Origin: Bacilli bacterium
Lineage (GTDB): Bacteria > Bacillota_I > Bacilli_A > ML615J-28 > CAG-698
NCBI GenBank assembly: GCA_050953065.1
Contig: JBMNLZ010000001.1
Coordinates: 272,826-336,825, forward strand
Direction: 5' to 3'
DNA: 64,000 nucleotides
Under the pieces are notes generated by a model. The model made no database searches. It saw only the letters and a program-made list of their open reading frames with translations, and was not told the DNA's origin. Within the stretch, counting starts at the first letter, position 1. Each line of letters opens with the position of its first letter. The position numbers and the translations under genes were made by a program. This document shows positions 48,301 to 56,381 of the stretch, one piece after another.

Positions 48301-50835
48301 ACTACAACCTGAAAAAGCAGAATCTCCAATACTTGTAATAGCTTTACCCCTATATAGATTTTCAATTACTACCGTTAAAGATTCCCCTTCATAACCAGTA
48401 ACCTCATATGTATCATCTTCTTTTAATGTAAAGACTAATCCTGATGTTGAAGGTTTTTCTACCCATTTAGCGAAAAGTTGATAATCAGCTAAAGCACCCA
48501 TTGTATAGCTTCCCTCATCTAAAAATTCAACATCCCCTGTCTCAGTTGTACTCCAACCTGCAAATAGATAATATGTTCTAGTGAAGGTATTCTTTGGTAA
48601 AGTTATAGTTTCATTAGTTCTTACTAAAATACTTCCCATATTTCCTTCTCCACCATTTGAATTAAATGATAGAGTATTTTGATTAGCTTCCCATCTAGCT
48701 TCATAAGTTAATGCAATTGCTGGCATTATGAATTGATATGTTGCTAAATTAGATATAAGAGTATTATTATTATCATACCAGCCTATAAATGTATAACCAG
48801 TATTAGTTGTTGCTGTTATTGTTACTTGATCTTTATATGTTATTTTTCCACTACCTGTTACACTTCCAGCAGCCTCATCACTTAATGTTAAGTTTAATTG
48901 ATAACTTTCAATTTCCCATTTTGCTTGATAACTTACAGCTCTTGCTGGCATTGTAAATGTATAGATAGTTAAATCAGATACCAAAGTATCATTTTCATCA
49001 TACCAACCTGCAAAACTATATCCTATGTTTGTTGTAACTGTTATTGTTACTGAACTATTATATTCTTTTAATCCAGCACCATCTACACTTCCAGCATCCT
49101 CATCACTTAATGTTAGACTTAATTGATAACTTTCATAGCCCCATCTAGCTTCATAAGTTAATGCAATTGCTGGCATTATGAATTGATATGTTGCTAAATT
49201 AGATATAAGAGTATTATTATTATCATACCAGCCTATAAATGTATAACCAGTATTAGTTGTTGCTGTTATTGTTACTTGATCTTTATATGTTATTTTTCCA
49301 CTACCTGTTACACTTCCAGCAGCCTCATCACTTAATGTTAAGTTTAATTGATAACTTTCAATTTCCCATTTTGCTTGATAACTTACAGCTCTTGCTGGCA
49401 TTGTAAATGTATAGATAGTTAAATCAGATACCAAAGTATCATTTTCATCATACCAACCTGCAAAACTATATCCTATGTTTGTTGTAACTGTTATTGTTAC
49501 TGAACTATTATATTCTTTTAATCCAGCACCATCTACACTTCCAGCATCCTCATCACTTAATGTTAGACTTAATTGATAACTTTCATAGCCCCATCTAGCT
49601 TCATAAGTTAATGCAATTGCTGGCATTATGAATTGATATGTTGCTAAATTAGATATAAGAGTATTATTATTATCATACCAGCCTATAAATGTATAACCAG
49701 TATTAGTTGTTGCTGTTATTGTTACTTGATCTTTATATGTTATTTTTCCACTACCTGTTACACTTCCAGCAGCCTCATCACTTAATGTTAAGTTTAATTG
49801 ATAACTTTCAATTTCCCATTTTGCTTGATAACTTACAGCTCTTGCTGGCATTGTAAATGTATAGATAGTTAAATCAGATACCAAAGTATCATTTTCATCA
49901 TACCAACCTGCAAAACTATATCCTATGTTTGTTGTAACTGTTATTGTTACTGAACTATTATATTCTTTTAATCCAGCACCATCTACACTTCCAGCAGCCT
50001 CATCACTTAATGTTAAGCTTAATTGATAACTTTCAATTTCCCACTTTGCATATAAAGTATAACTTTCTTGTGCTCCCATTGTATAATTTGCTTTATCAAA
50101 ATATTCTACACTTCCATCTTCAGTTGTAGACCAACCAATAAATTTATATCCAGTTCTTATAAATTCATTTCCTGGAAGAGTGATAGTTTCATTAGTAGCA
50201 ACTAAAACATTATCCATTTCACCTTCTCCAGTATTTGCATTAAATACTAAAGTATTTTGGTTAGCTTCCCACTTAGCGTAAAGTGTATAATTATCTAAAA
50301 CATCAATTGTATAGTTTGCTTCATCTAAATATTCTACATCACCATCTGATGTTATACTCCAACCTGTAAATGTATAACCTTCTTTTGTAAATGTATTTTT
50401 TGGAAGTGTAATAGATGTATTTGCTTCTACAGCAACACTATTCATCTCTCCACTTCCACCATTTGCACTAAACTCAATTTGGTAAAGCTGTAATCTTTTA
50501 ATCGTAACTGTATATATTTTACTTGCTTTGCCTTTTCCAACTTTAATATATACCGTGTTATCTCCTTCTAAAAGCTCTACTGTTTTTGAAACAATTTCAT
50601 TTGTAGCAGACAAATCACTATATAAATCCCAAATCGCTAAAGGACTAACAGTGATTTGATTAATAAATGAATATGTTGTAGTAGAATTTGGCACTTCAAC
50701 ATACATATTCGTTCCATCCATTTCAAATCCTATAGCATCAATTATGCCTATGAATTTTTCTTCCTTATCACACGCAACTAATAAGAAACTTATTAGCGCC
50801 AAAAATATAAAAAAGATTTTTCTAACTCTTCTCAT
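42358..50835 (-). CDS. Giant surface lipoprotein (2825 aa): Ig-like/Flg_new repeats, 3 perfect 150-aa repeats, extensive BspA-type LRR arrays
   Basis: Signal peptide/lipobox LLVACDKE; same module types and the same NRPVVWGYTG C-terminus as the neighbouring paralogs; uninterrupted 8.5-kb ORF. Confidence 0.8.
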   Translation of the reverse strand: MRRVRKIFFIFLALISFLLVACDKEEKFIGIIDAIGFEMDGTNMYVEVPNSTTTYSFINQITVSPLAIWDLYSDLSATNEIVSKTVELLEGDNTVYIKVGKGKASKIYTVTIKRLQLYQIEFSANGGSGEMNSVAVEANTSITLPKNTFTKEGYTFTGWSITSDGDVEYLDEANYTIDVLDNYTLYAKWEANQNTLVFNANTGEGEMDNVLVATNETITLPGNEFIRTGYKFIGWSTTEDGSVEYFDKANYTMGAQESYTLYAKWEIESYQLSLTLSDEAAGSVDGAGLKEYNSSVTITVTTNIGYSFAGWYDENDTLVSDLTIYTFTMPARAVSYQAKWEIESYQLNLTLSDEAAGSVTGSGKITYKDQVTITATTNTGYTFIGWYDNNNTLISNLATYQFIMPAIALTYEARWGYESYQLSLTLSDEDAGSVDGAGLKEYNSSVTITVTTNIGYSFAGWYDENDTLVSDLTIYTFTMPARAVSYQAKWEIESYQLNLTLSDEAAGSVTGSGKITYKDQVTITATTNTGYTFIGWYDNNNTLISNLATYQFIMPAIALTYEARWGYESYQLSLTLSDEDAGSVDGAGLKEYNSSVTITVTTNIGYSFAGWYDENDTLVSDLTIYTFTMPARAVSYQAKWEIESYQLNLTLSDEAAGSVTGSGKITYKDQVTITATTNTGYTFIGWYDNNNTLISNLATYQFIMPAIALTYEARWEANQNTLSFNSNGGEGNMGSILVRTNETITLPKNTFTRTYYLFAGWSTTETGDVEFLDEGSYTMGALADYQLFAKWVEKPSTSGLVFTLKEDDTYEVTGYEGESLTVVIENLYRGKAITSIGDSAFSGCSSLTSISISKSITSIGEEAFADVTAEIVFADGSNLTTLTALSFNNYKGTSIIIPSSITIIEEGAFSGCSNLTTISLPFLGQCRGGVAEAGLFGYIFGTSPYTGGTSTAQYYGPDFYSVYYIPTSLTTVTITDITTVSYGAFYGCSNLTSIIIPSSITEMGNSVFMGCTGIISITLPTGITNLGDSVFKNCTGLESIIIPTNITSISSFAFMGCTSLTSITVPTSVTNIGSHAFSGCSGLIEISLPFVGESSSATGSSSLFGYIFGSTSYTGGVKTTQYYTTSSYANYYIPILLKTVVITNVENLRYGAFYNCNNLTSITISGSITALSDATFRGCARLTSITIPNTVTSIGSFVCYGCTNLTNITIPEGVISIDASAFYLCSSLTGITIPSNLTSLGEGAFRECSALTSITLPNGVTSIKGYTFFGCIKLESIIIPTNLESIGNCAFGGCVLLENLTIPTGAITIGDSAFRNCSSLTSITVPSSVTNIGSHAFSGCSGLTEISLPFAGASKSATGANALFGYVFGTFGYAGGTSTTQYYAASSSIKYYIPSLLRTVTITNATTLGYGAFYNCSNLTNIIIPESLTTIGEAAFRNCSGLIYITILEEVTTINNAAFQGCSILTIYAEVENKPAGWVDGWNPSNRPVVWGYVSNGVTDGGIKYGVSLIGSNYSVVITGYQGVANEVVIPETIENYPVTTIASGAFYNSTSLTSITILEEVTTINNAAFQGCSILTIYAEVENKPVGWVDGWNPSNRPVVWGYVSNGVTDGGIEYGVSLIGSSYSVVITGYQGVANELEIPGIIETYPVRTIASGAFYNSTSLTSITVPNSVTSIESHAFSGCSGLIEITIPFIGASKSAVNGDTLFGYIFGTTPYTGGTPTSQCYSVYYPEITYYVPTSLRSVILTDTTSIPAYAFFRCNNLTSITIPIIVTNIGSEAFYHCNNLVLFIEAESAQGGYAFWWNRGARPIVWGYVSSGVTEAGLKYAISCIASNYSVIITGYQGVASEVIIPETIETYPIKKIELNTFCQNTTLTSVTIPSGVTSIGQNVFMGCTNLTSVTIPNTVTHLEKYSFTGCTQLPSIVIPISVTNIGNRVFQNCNNLIIYAEAESKPEGWAIDWVYGDWNPNNRPVVWGHVSHGVFGDYEYGVSLIGSTYGITIARYTGTANEIIIPETIESYPVTTTTYAVFADLTNLTSITLPSGMTNIGECTFSNCNSLTSISIPIGVTYIGEHAFSGCSSLTIYAAAESKPEGWHDNWNSSSRPVVWGYVSNSVTASGLEYAITLIDSNYSVIITGYQGIENEVVIPETIEGHPVTTIAFSAFSGKTQLTSITLPTSLLSIGDHAFSGCTQISTISIPSSVTSIGNYVFHCCSGLTSITLQTGITSIGNDAFSRCTQLTSITLPNSVTSIGTNAFAYCSNLTSITLPTGITSIGASAFYDCYCLTSIILPTGITNLNDYTFAGCHSLGNVIIPTNITHIGYEAFSGCTNLTSIYIPSSVTSIYFYVFQGCSILTIYAEAESKPEGWFEDEYEKYWNPNNRPVVWGCVNNGVTPDGIKYVTTCIDSNYSVIIIGFEGSLTDVEIPGTIGGYTVTTIAAYAFRNCSALTSITVPNSVTSIESHAFSGCSSLTSISLPFVGASREAIEGNALFGYIFGTTSYTGGSSTRQYYSSSSSSTYYIPTSLKTVIITNTTELKYGAFYNCLELTSITLPTGITSIGVCAFAHCQSLTSITLPNSVTSVGVNAFTHCYDLTSITLSTGITSIGSFAFANCSSLESIILPTGITDLNEFMFLNCTNLGNVIIPTNITYIGYEAFSGCTSLTNIYIPSSVSSINNRAFYKCNSLTIYAEAESKPAGWADGWNPSSRPVVWGCVNNGVTPDGIKYVTTCIDSNYSVIIIGFEGSLTDVEIPGTIGGYTVTTIAAYAFRNCSALTSITIPSSVTNIGYYAFKGCSSLTINAIAESKPEGWVDGWNPDNRPVVWGYTG
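45836..46510 (-). repeat. Near-perfect in-frame 336-bp tandem duplication inside the 2825-aa gene
   Basis: tgttaaagatgtagaattataaaaggcacctgaagctatagtt... at 45841 and again at 46177; the 112-aa unit ..LEEVTTINNAAFQGCSILTIYAEVENKP.GWVDGWNPSNRPVVWGYVSNGVTDGGI.YGVSLIGS.. occurs twice in the protein. Confidence 0.85.
48691..50040 (-). repeat. Perfect in-frame 450-bp tandem repeat x3 inside the 2825-aa gene
   Basis: ccatctagcttcataagttaatgcaattgctggc... recurs at 48691, 49141 and 49591 with essentially identical sequence (150-aa unit SYQLSLTLSDE..TYEARW). Confidence 0.9.
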
Positions 50836-50940
50836 TTTCTTTTACCCCCACTATCTTACTACTCTATTATATAATAAACACCCCCCTTAAACAAGAAAAT
50901 ATTTTTTATATAGTAGGATTATGTATATTCCTTTCATTAG

Positions 50941-50980
50941 AAAAAGCCACTAAATAAATAATTATTTAGTAGCTTTTTAC
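50941..50980 (-). terminator. Terminator of the ssb-like gene
   Basis: aaaagccactaaataa-ataa-ttatttagtagctttt hairpin. Confidence 0.6.
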
Positions 50981-51012
50981 TTGATTTGTTACTATTTGAT
51001 TGCGCATTGGAT

Positions 51013-51357
51013 TTATAATTCTTCTGTTTGACTACTCGTTTTTAAATTAATATAAGTAACTCTTTCACCAATCATTTCAATAGTTTTATACTTTTGATCA
51101 TTGATTTCAAGATACTTCATATTTAATCTTCCCTTAACACCTATGGTTGAACCTTTTTTTACCAAAGATGCCATTGACTCAACAATACCTTCCCATAAAA
51201 CAACTGGTATAAAATCAGTTTCATATTCTCCAGTTTCTGCACTTTTAAAAGGTCTAATTACGGCTAATGTAATAGTAGCTACTTTTCTGCCATCACTGGT
51301 AGTATTAACTTTAATATCATCAGTTGTTCTACCTACTAAAATAACATTGTTAATAAT
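51013..51357 (-). CDS. ssb: Short single-stranded-DNA-binding protein (SsbB-like, no acidic C-terminal tail); start codon uncertain (no in-frame ATG; ATT after strong RBS)
   Basis: Minus-strand translation is IINNVILVGRTTDDIKVNTTSDGRKVATITLAVIRPF..ETDFIPVVLWEG..KKGSTIGVKGRLN..., a clear SSB OB-fold (compare B. subtilis SsbA/SsbB). It is bounded upstream by TAA. An AAAGGAGGAG RBS lies 7 nt before the first ATT. Not in the ORF track because it lacks an ATG. Confidence 0.55.
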   Translation of the reverse strand: MINNVILVGRTTDDIKVNTTSDGRKVATITLAVIRPFKSAETGEYETDFIPVVLWEGIVESMASLVKKGSTIGVKGRLNMKYLEINDQKYKTIEMIGERVTYINLKTSSQTEEL

Positions 51358-51596
51358 TTTATCTCCTCCTTTATATCTTTATCACCGGTGTATTCAATAT
51401 TAACAAAATTAGCTCTTATTTACAAACTAGCTTTATAGTAAAAAAAATACGTTTGTAAAAAGAATTTTACTGAAAACAGTAAAATTCTTATTTCTTTCTA
51501 ATTCAAATTAGCTTTTTTAAACTTTTTATATAAAACTTTTCTTAATAAGTATAAAGCAATTAATTTTGAAATATTTTTTGCTACTTTTTTTATAAA

Positions 51597-51632
51597 AAAA
51601 CCGTTTAGTTTCCTAAACGGTTTTAATACATT
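51597..51632 (-). terminator. Terminator of the Big_2/amidase gene
   Basis: aaaccgtttag-tttcc-taaacggttt followed by a T run on the minus strand. Confidence 0.7.
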
Positions 51633-51633
51633 T

Positions 51634-54600
51634 TTATGGATTAGTAATTTGTGTTCCATCTTTTCTTCCAGTTACAACTGATGCAACTGAACTTGGAATT
51701 GTTGCTGTATAAGTCTTAGAAGCTGAAACACCATCTTTTGAAACTGTTATAGTATAACTAACGCTCAAGTTGCTGCTTGGTCTTTTAATAACATGACCAT
51801 AATTATCTAAATATGAAGTATTAGAAGATTGGAAACTAATCTTATATCCACTATATTTTGTAGCATATTCATATTCTGCTTGAGCCATCTTAACATATAC
51901 ACGAGTCCATAATCCTGATTCTCTTAATTCTTGAGGACAATTTTTATAACTGAAGTTATAATGTTGTTTTACAGATCCTAAACCTTTACTCCTCATTGAA
52001 CTCCATCTTGAAATAATTTGAGGAAGAAGTTTACATGTTCTATGCCAAGTTAAGAACATATCATTTCCTTGGTTTTGACACATTTCAATACCAATTGCAT
52101 AACTGTTACCACTGTATAATCCACTTACAGTGTTTCCTGCATGCCATGCAGTACTGTTTTCAGGACAAACTCTATAAATTGTACTTCCTTGGTCTACTAC
52201 ATAGTGAATTGAAACACCACTTGATCTAGCTAAGAATTTTGCATTAGCATATGCATTCGCACCTAGACTATTATTACCAGTATTATGAATTGTAATATAA
52301 TATCTTCCTGGAGCTGTTGAATGCCAACGATAGAATGATGATGTATTAACAGTACTTGAACCAAAGTAGAAATAGTTAACACTACCTAAAACTGTTTCAG
52401 TCTTAGTTGTATTTCCATAAGTGTAAACATATTGACATAAAGTTGTACTTACTCTATATTTTTCTAAGAAAGTAAATACTGCAGAGTGAGCACCCGGAGT
52501 TGGAGTTCCACCACCGCCTCCTTCAACCGTTAAAGTAATTGAACCTGTTCCTTTAGAAGCATGAGTTACAGTAATTGTAGCAGAACCTGCTGCTAAAGCT
52601 GAAATTGTTCCATAACTTGAAACTGTTGCTACACTAGAATTACTTGATGAGAAAGTACATTCTGTTCTAGAAACTGCTGTTCCAGAAGAATCTCTTACAT
52701 ATAATTGATATCCTGATGCTCCAATTGACATTGATGCACTTGGATCAGCCGTAATTGTTAATGAACCACCACTTGGAGGAGGAGTTGTTCCACCACCAGA
52801 ACCAATTGTTAAAGTAATATTACCAGATCCTTTTGAAGGATGAACTACTGTTATAACTGCAGTACCGTTTGCAAGTGCTGAAATTGTTCCATAACTTGAA
52901 ACTGTTGCTACACTAGAGTTACTTGAAGAGAAAGTACATTCCAGACGAGATATGCTAGCACCACTTGAGTCACTGATATAAAGTTGATATCCACTAGCAC
53001 CAACTGCAATTGAACCTGTTGGGCTTTGTGTTACTGTTAAAGTACCCGCAGGAACTGCAGTTACAGTTACCGCACAAGTACCTTTTACTGATGTATTAGC
53101 AACTGAAGTTGCTGTAATTGTTGCTGTACCAGCTGCAACACCTGTAATTACTCCACCAGATACAGTTGCAACTGCTGTATTACTACTACTCCAAGTAACA
53201 CTTGTATTACTAGCATTACTTACAGTAGCTGTGATTGTTTTATTAGTACCAACTGATAAACTAGTTGATGATGCAGACATAGTGATAGTTGGTGTAGGAG
53301 CTGCAGTTACAGTTACTGTTGCTTGAGCTTGAACTGAATTATCAGCATTAAGTTTTGCAATAATTGTTGCAGTTCCAGCTGCAATTCCTGTTACCTTACC
53401 AGTAGCATCAACTGTTGCTACTGCAGTATTTCCACTTGACCATACGATAGATTTATCTGTTAATGATGCTGCAAATACTGTAGCCGCTATTGTTTGACTA
53501 GCCCCAGTTAAAATATTCATTGTTGTAGGGTTTAATGTAATTGATTTTTGATCTGTTACTGTTACTTGATGAGTAGCAAGTATTGTACTACTAACAAGTG
53601 AAGTTGCAGTAATTGTTGCATTTCCAGGTGCAACTCCTGTTACTCTACCATTTGCATCAACTGTTGCAATACTACTATTACTTGAAGTCCATGTAACAGC
53701 ACTACTTGCTCCTACTGGATATGCTACTGCTTGTAAAACGATATTTTGTCCATAACTAACTGAAGTTGCTCCAGTTATTGTAATTCCTTGTGGTAATGGA
53801 AGTACAGTTACTGAAAAACTTGATGTTTTTTCAGAATCACCTACTAAAGTAGCTGTTATTAAAGCTGCTCCACCACTAACTCCAGTTACCCAACCATTAG
53901 CATCAACTGTTGCAACACTACTATTGCTTGATGAAAAAGTAAAACTAGCTGGTTCATTAGAAGGCTCATAAGTAACACTTAACTTAATTTTATTTCCTTC
54001 TAATACTTCATTAGCACCAGAAAGTTTAATTGAAGTAATTGGACTAGCTGAAGTACTTTCTTCTTTAATTGCTATATAAAACTCACCATATACACTTTGA
54101 TCACTTGCAAGAGTTGCTTGAATTTTTACAACACCTTCTGATACACCAGTTACAATACCAGCATTGTTAACTGTTGCTTTAGTTATATCACTTGAAGTCC
54201 AAATTAAGTTTGATAATTCACCTTTATCTGGTGTTGCAGTTAAAACTGTAGATTCAGAAATATTAACAAAGCTACTTCCGCTAATTGTTAAAACAGATGG
54301 TTTAACAACACTAGTCGGTTTATTTCTTACAGTTACATTAATTTGAGTAAAACTATTGCTAGCTACAGCTGATATAGTTGTAGAACCAGCTGCTTTTGCT
54401 GTAAGTGAACCATCTACATCAACAATTGCTACACTATTATTACTAGAAACCCAAATTATTTCACCTAGGAATTCAATACCATTAGCTAATAATTGTAAAT
54501 TAACTACATCATCAACTTCGATATTCAAATTTCCATTAGAAATTACTAAATTAACATTTTCAGGATCTCCTTCAATAGGAGGAAGTTGATTATCCCCTCC

Positions 54601-54945
54601 ACCATCATTTCCATCACCAGATTTAATAACTTCTACAGTTAATCTTAATTTAGTACCATTATCTACTAATGTTACATACAAATAACCAAGTCCTGGTGAT
54701 ACAGGAGTAATAACACCATTGTTATTAACCGTAAATATACTTAAGTTTGATGACTCATAACTTAATTGTGGCATTTCTATTCCCGTTACAACAGGATTAA
54801 CTACATAGAAATCTTCCATTTCTACTTGAATAACAGTTTCTTTTACCGTAATTGTAGGTGTTACTTGATTACAACCACTAACAAAAAAAACTCCCAATAA
54901 TACTACAAAAAATAATAAAATCTTTTTCATAAATCGTTTGTACAA
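51634..54945 (-). CDS. Secreted multi-Big_2 (bacterial Ig-like) domain protein with C-terminal N-acetylmuramoyl-L-alanine amidase (Amidase_2/PGRP) domain
   Basis: Signal peptide plus GC lipobox-like site. At least six ~85-aa Big_2-like repeats (..SSN.SVATVDA.G.VTGV..G.A.ITAT..). The C-terminal region ...STAWHAGN...YAIGIEMCQNQGND matches the Amidase_2 zinc-amidase fold. 1103 aa. Confidence 0.75.
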   Translation of the reverse strand: MYKRFMKKILLFFVVLLGVFFVSGCNQVTPTITVKETVIQVEMEDFYVVNPVVTGIEMPQLSYESSNLSIFTVNNNGVITPVSPGLGYLYVTLVDNGTKLRLTVEVIKSGDGNDGGGDNQLPPIEGDPENVNLVISNGNLNIEVDDVVNLQLLANGIEFLGEIIWVSSNNSVAIVDVDGSLTAKAAGSTTISAVASNSFTQINVTVRNKPTSVVKPSVLTISGSSFVNISESTVLTATPDKGELSNLIWTSSDITKATVNNAGIVTGVSEGVVKIQATLASDQSVYGEFYIAIKEESTSASPITSIKLSGANEVLEGNKIKLSVTYEPSNEPASFTFSSSNSSVATVDANGWVTGVSGGAALITATLVGDSEKTSSFSVTVLPLPQGITITGATSVSYGQNIVLQAVAYPVGASSAVTWTSSNSSIATVDANGRVTGVAPGNATITATSLVSSTILATHQVTVTDQKSITLNPTTMNILTGASQTIAATVFAASLTDKSIVWSSGNTAVATVDATGKVTGIAAGTATIIAKLNADNSVQAQATVTVTAAPTPTITMSASSTSLSVGTNKTITATVSNASNTSVTWSSSNTAVATVSGGVITGVAAGTATITATSVANTSVKGTCAVTVTAVPAGTLTVTQSPTGSIAVGASGYQLYISDSSGASISRLECTFSSSNSSVATVSSYGTISALANGTAVITVVHPSKGSGNITLTIGSGGGTTPPPSGGSLTITADPSASMSIGASGYQLYVRDSSGTAVSRTECTFSSSNSSVATVSSYGTISALAAGSATITVTHASKGTGSITLTVEGGGGGTPTPGAHSAVFTFLEKYRVSTTLCQYVYTYGNTTKTETVLGSVNYFYFGSSTVNTSSFYRWHSTAPGRYYITIHNTGNNSLGANAYANAKFLARSSGVSIHYVVDQGSTIYRVCPENSTAWHAGNTVSGLYSGNSYAIGIEMCQNQGNDMFLTWHRTCKLLPQIISRWSSMRSKGLGSVKQHYNFSYKNCPQELRESGLWTRVYVKMAQAEYEYATKYSGYKISFQSSNTSYLDNYGHVIKRPSSNLSVSYTITVSKDGVSASKTYTATIPSSVASVVTGRKDGTQITNP

Positions 54946-55099
54946 TTATCCTAATTGTACATTCTCCTTTCATTTATATTTTTTTTAAAAAAGATATGTC
55001 AATAAAAAATGTGCTATACATATACATTATAACACATTTTTTAAATCATTCTATATGGAAAAAATCTCGCTTAAGAAATAGTTAAGACATAAAAAAAAA

Positions 55100-56380
55100 T
55101 CATTTTGGATAAATTACATAATTTGTAAAAGTATTTTTATCTATTGATTTAATAGCTTTTTTTATCATTTCTAAATCTATTTTTTCAAGTTTTTCTAGAT
55201 TTTCAAAATATTCAGTTTCTTTAAAACAATTTTCTGCTAAGTTATTAGCAATACTTCCTACATTTCCTAAACTTCTTATTTCACTACCTACTAATGCTTT
55301 TTTATAAATAAGAAATTCGTCTTCGCTAATTTCATTAATGTTTATTTCATTAATTTTCTTATAAATATAATCAACAAACTCTAACGGTTTATAAGAAGAT
55401 GCTTCAAAAATTACAAACCTATAATCATCATAACTATAAACATTAAAATCAAATTCTTTGCTGACTAATTCTAAATCTAACATTTCTTGCCAATTATCTG
55501 AAATTTTTGAAAAATAATGCGATAAAATTATACTATATACTTTTTTAAAAATAAATTCATCAACACTATTAGCAAAATCTGGCATTAGTTTAAATGAAAC
55601 AGCAACTTTTGGCATTATAATTTCCATGTTTTTATTATCATTTTCTTTATTAACCTTTGAAGCATATTCATATTTTTCAATTATTTTAGTTATTGTTGAT
55701 TTAGAAAAGCTCTTTTTTGCTTGATTGTTTTTTATTATTTCTAAAACTTTTTCTTTATCAACATTCCCAACAATAATTAACTCCATATTTTTAGGAGTAT
55801 AAAAAGAGGTAAATGCTTCTTTTAAGATTTCTAAAGTAATTTTATTTATTGATTCAATCGTCCCACCAATCTCATAATTTACATAAGCATCTTGATATAA
55901 ATTATTTACAACACCATTTATAAGATTATCAATTGGATTATCAAGACTCATTTTTAACTCTTCTTCAATAATCCCCTTCTCTTCTTCTACATCTATATCT
56001 AAACAATCTAATGTATAAACTAAATCAAGTAATAGATTTAAATTTTTTTCAAAATTTGAAACTGTATTAAAATAATACACTGTACTATCATAACTAGTAT
56101 ATGCATTAGCATTTGCACCTTGTTTTGAAAAAATTTCCATGGCATCAACTTTATTTTTCATTTGGAACATCAAATGTTCTAAAAAATGAGCCGTCCCATG
56201 TGGTAATACAATTTTTTCTTGATTTTTATAATATTCTAGATTTTTAGCACCAAAGTTAATACAAAGATAAGCATATTTTTTCTTAGCATTTATTTGTGGT
56301 GAAATCTTAACAGTTAATCCATTATCTAGTTGTCCTATATAAAGTTTTTCTTCAATTCTTTTATATTCTTTTAGAATCAT
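55100..56380 (-). CDS. M16-family zinc peptidase (active-site HxxEH present)
   Basis: HGTAHFLEHLMF inverzincin motif; 426 aa. Confidence 0.8.
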   Translation of the reverse strand: MILKEYKRIEEKLYIGQLDNGLTVKISPQINAKKKYAYLCINFGAKNLEYYKNQEKIVLPHGTAHFLEHLMFQMKNKVDAMEIFSKQGANANAYTSYDSTVYYFNTVSNFEKNLNLLLDLVYTLDCLDIDVEEEKGIIEEELKMSLDNPIDNLINGVVNNLYQDAYVNYEIGGTIESINKITLEILKEAFTSFYTPKNMELIIVGNVDKEKVLEIIKNNQAKKSFSKSTITKIIEKYEYASKVNKENDNKNMEIIMPKVAVSFKLMPDFANSVDEFIFKKVYSIILSHYFSKISDNWQEMLDLELVSKEFDFNVYSYDDYRFVIFEASSYKPLEFVDYIYKKINEININEISEDEFLIYKKALVGSEIRSLGNVGSIANNLAENCFKETEYFENLEKLEKIDLEMIKKAIKSIDKNTFTNYVIYPK

Positions 56381-56381
56381 A

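Noticed and set aside
36039-48394. Multiple 60-100-aa plus-strand ORFs (e.g. 37197..37466, 40767..41057, 44564..44758, 48173..48394)
   Set aside because: All are antisense to the giant LRR genes. They mirror the repeat periodicity of the sense strand (repeated LLQxxKA-like frames) and are by-products of repetitive coding sequence on the other strand.
48691-50040. Highly regular direct repeats considered as a CRISPR array
   Set aside because: The units are 450 bp, contiguous without spacers, and lie in-frame inside a protein-coding gene. No cas genes are in the window.
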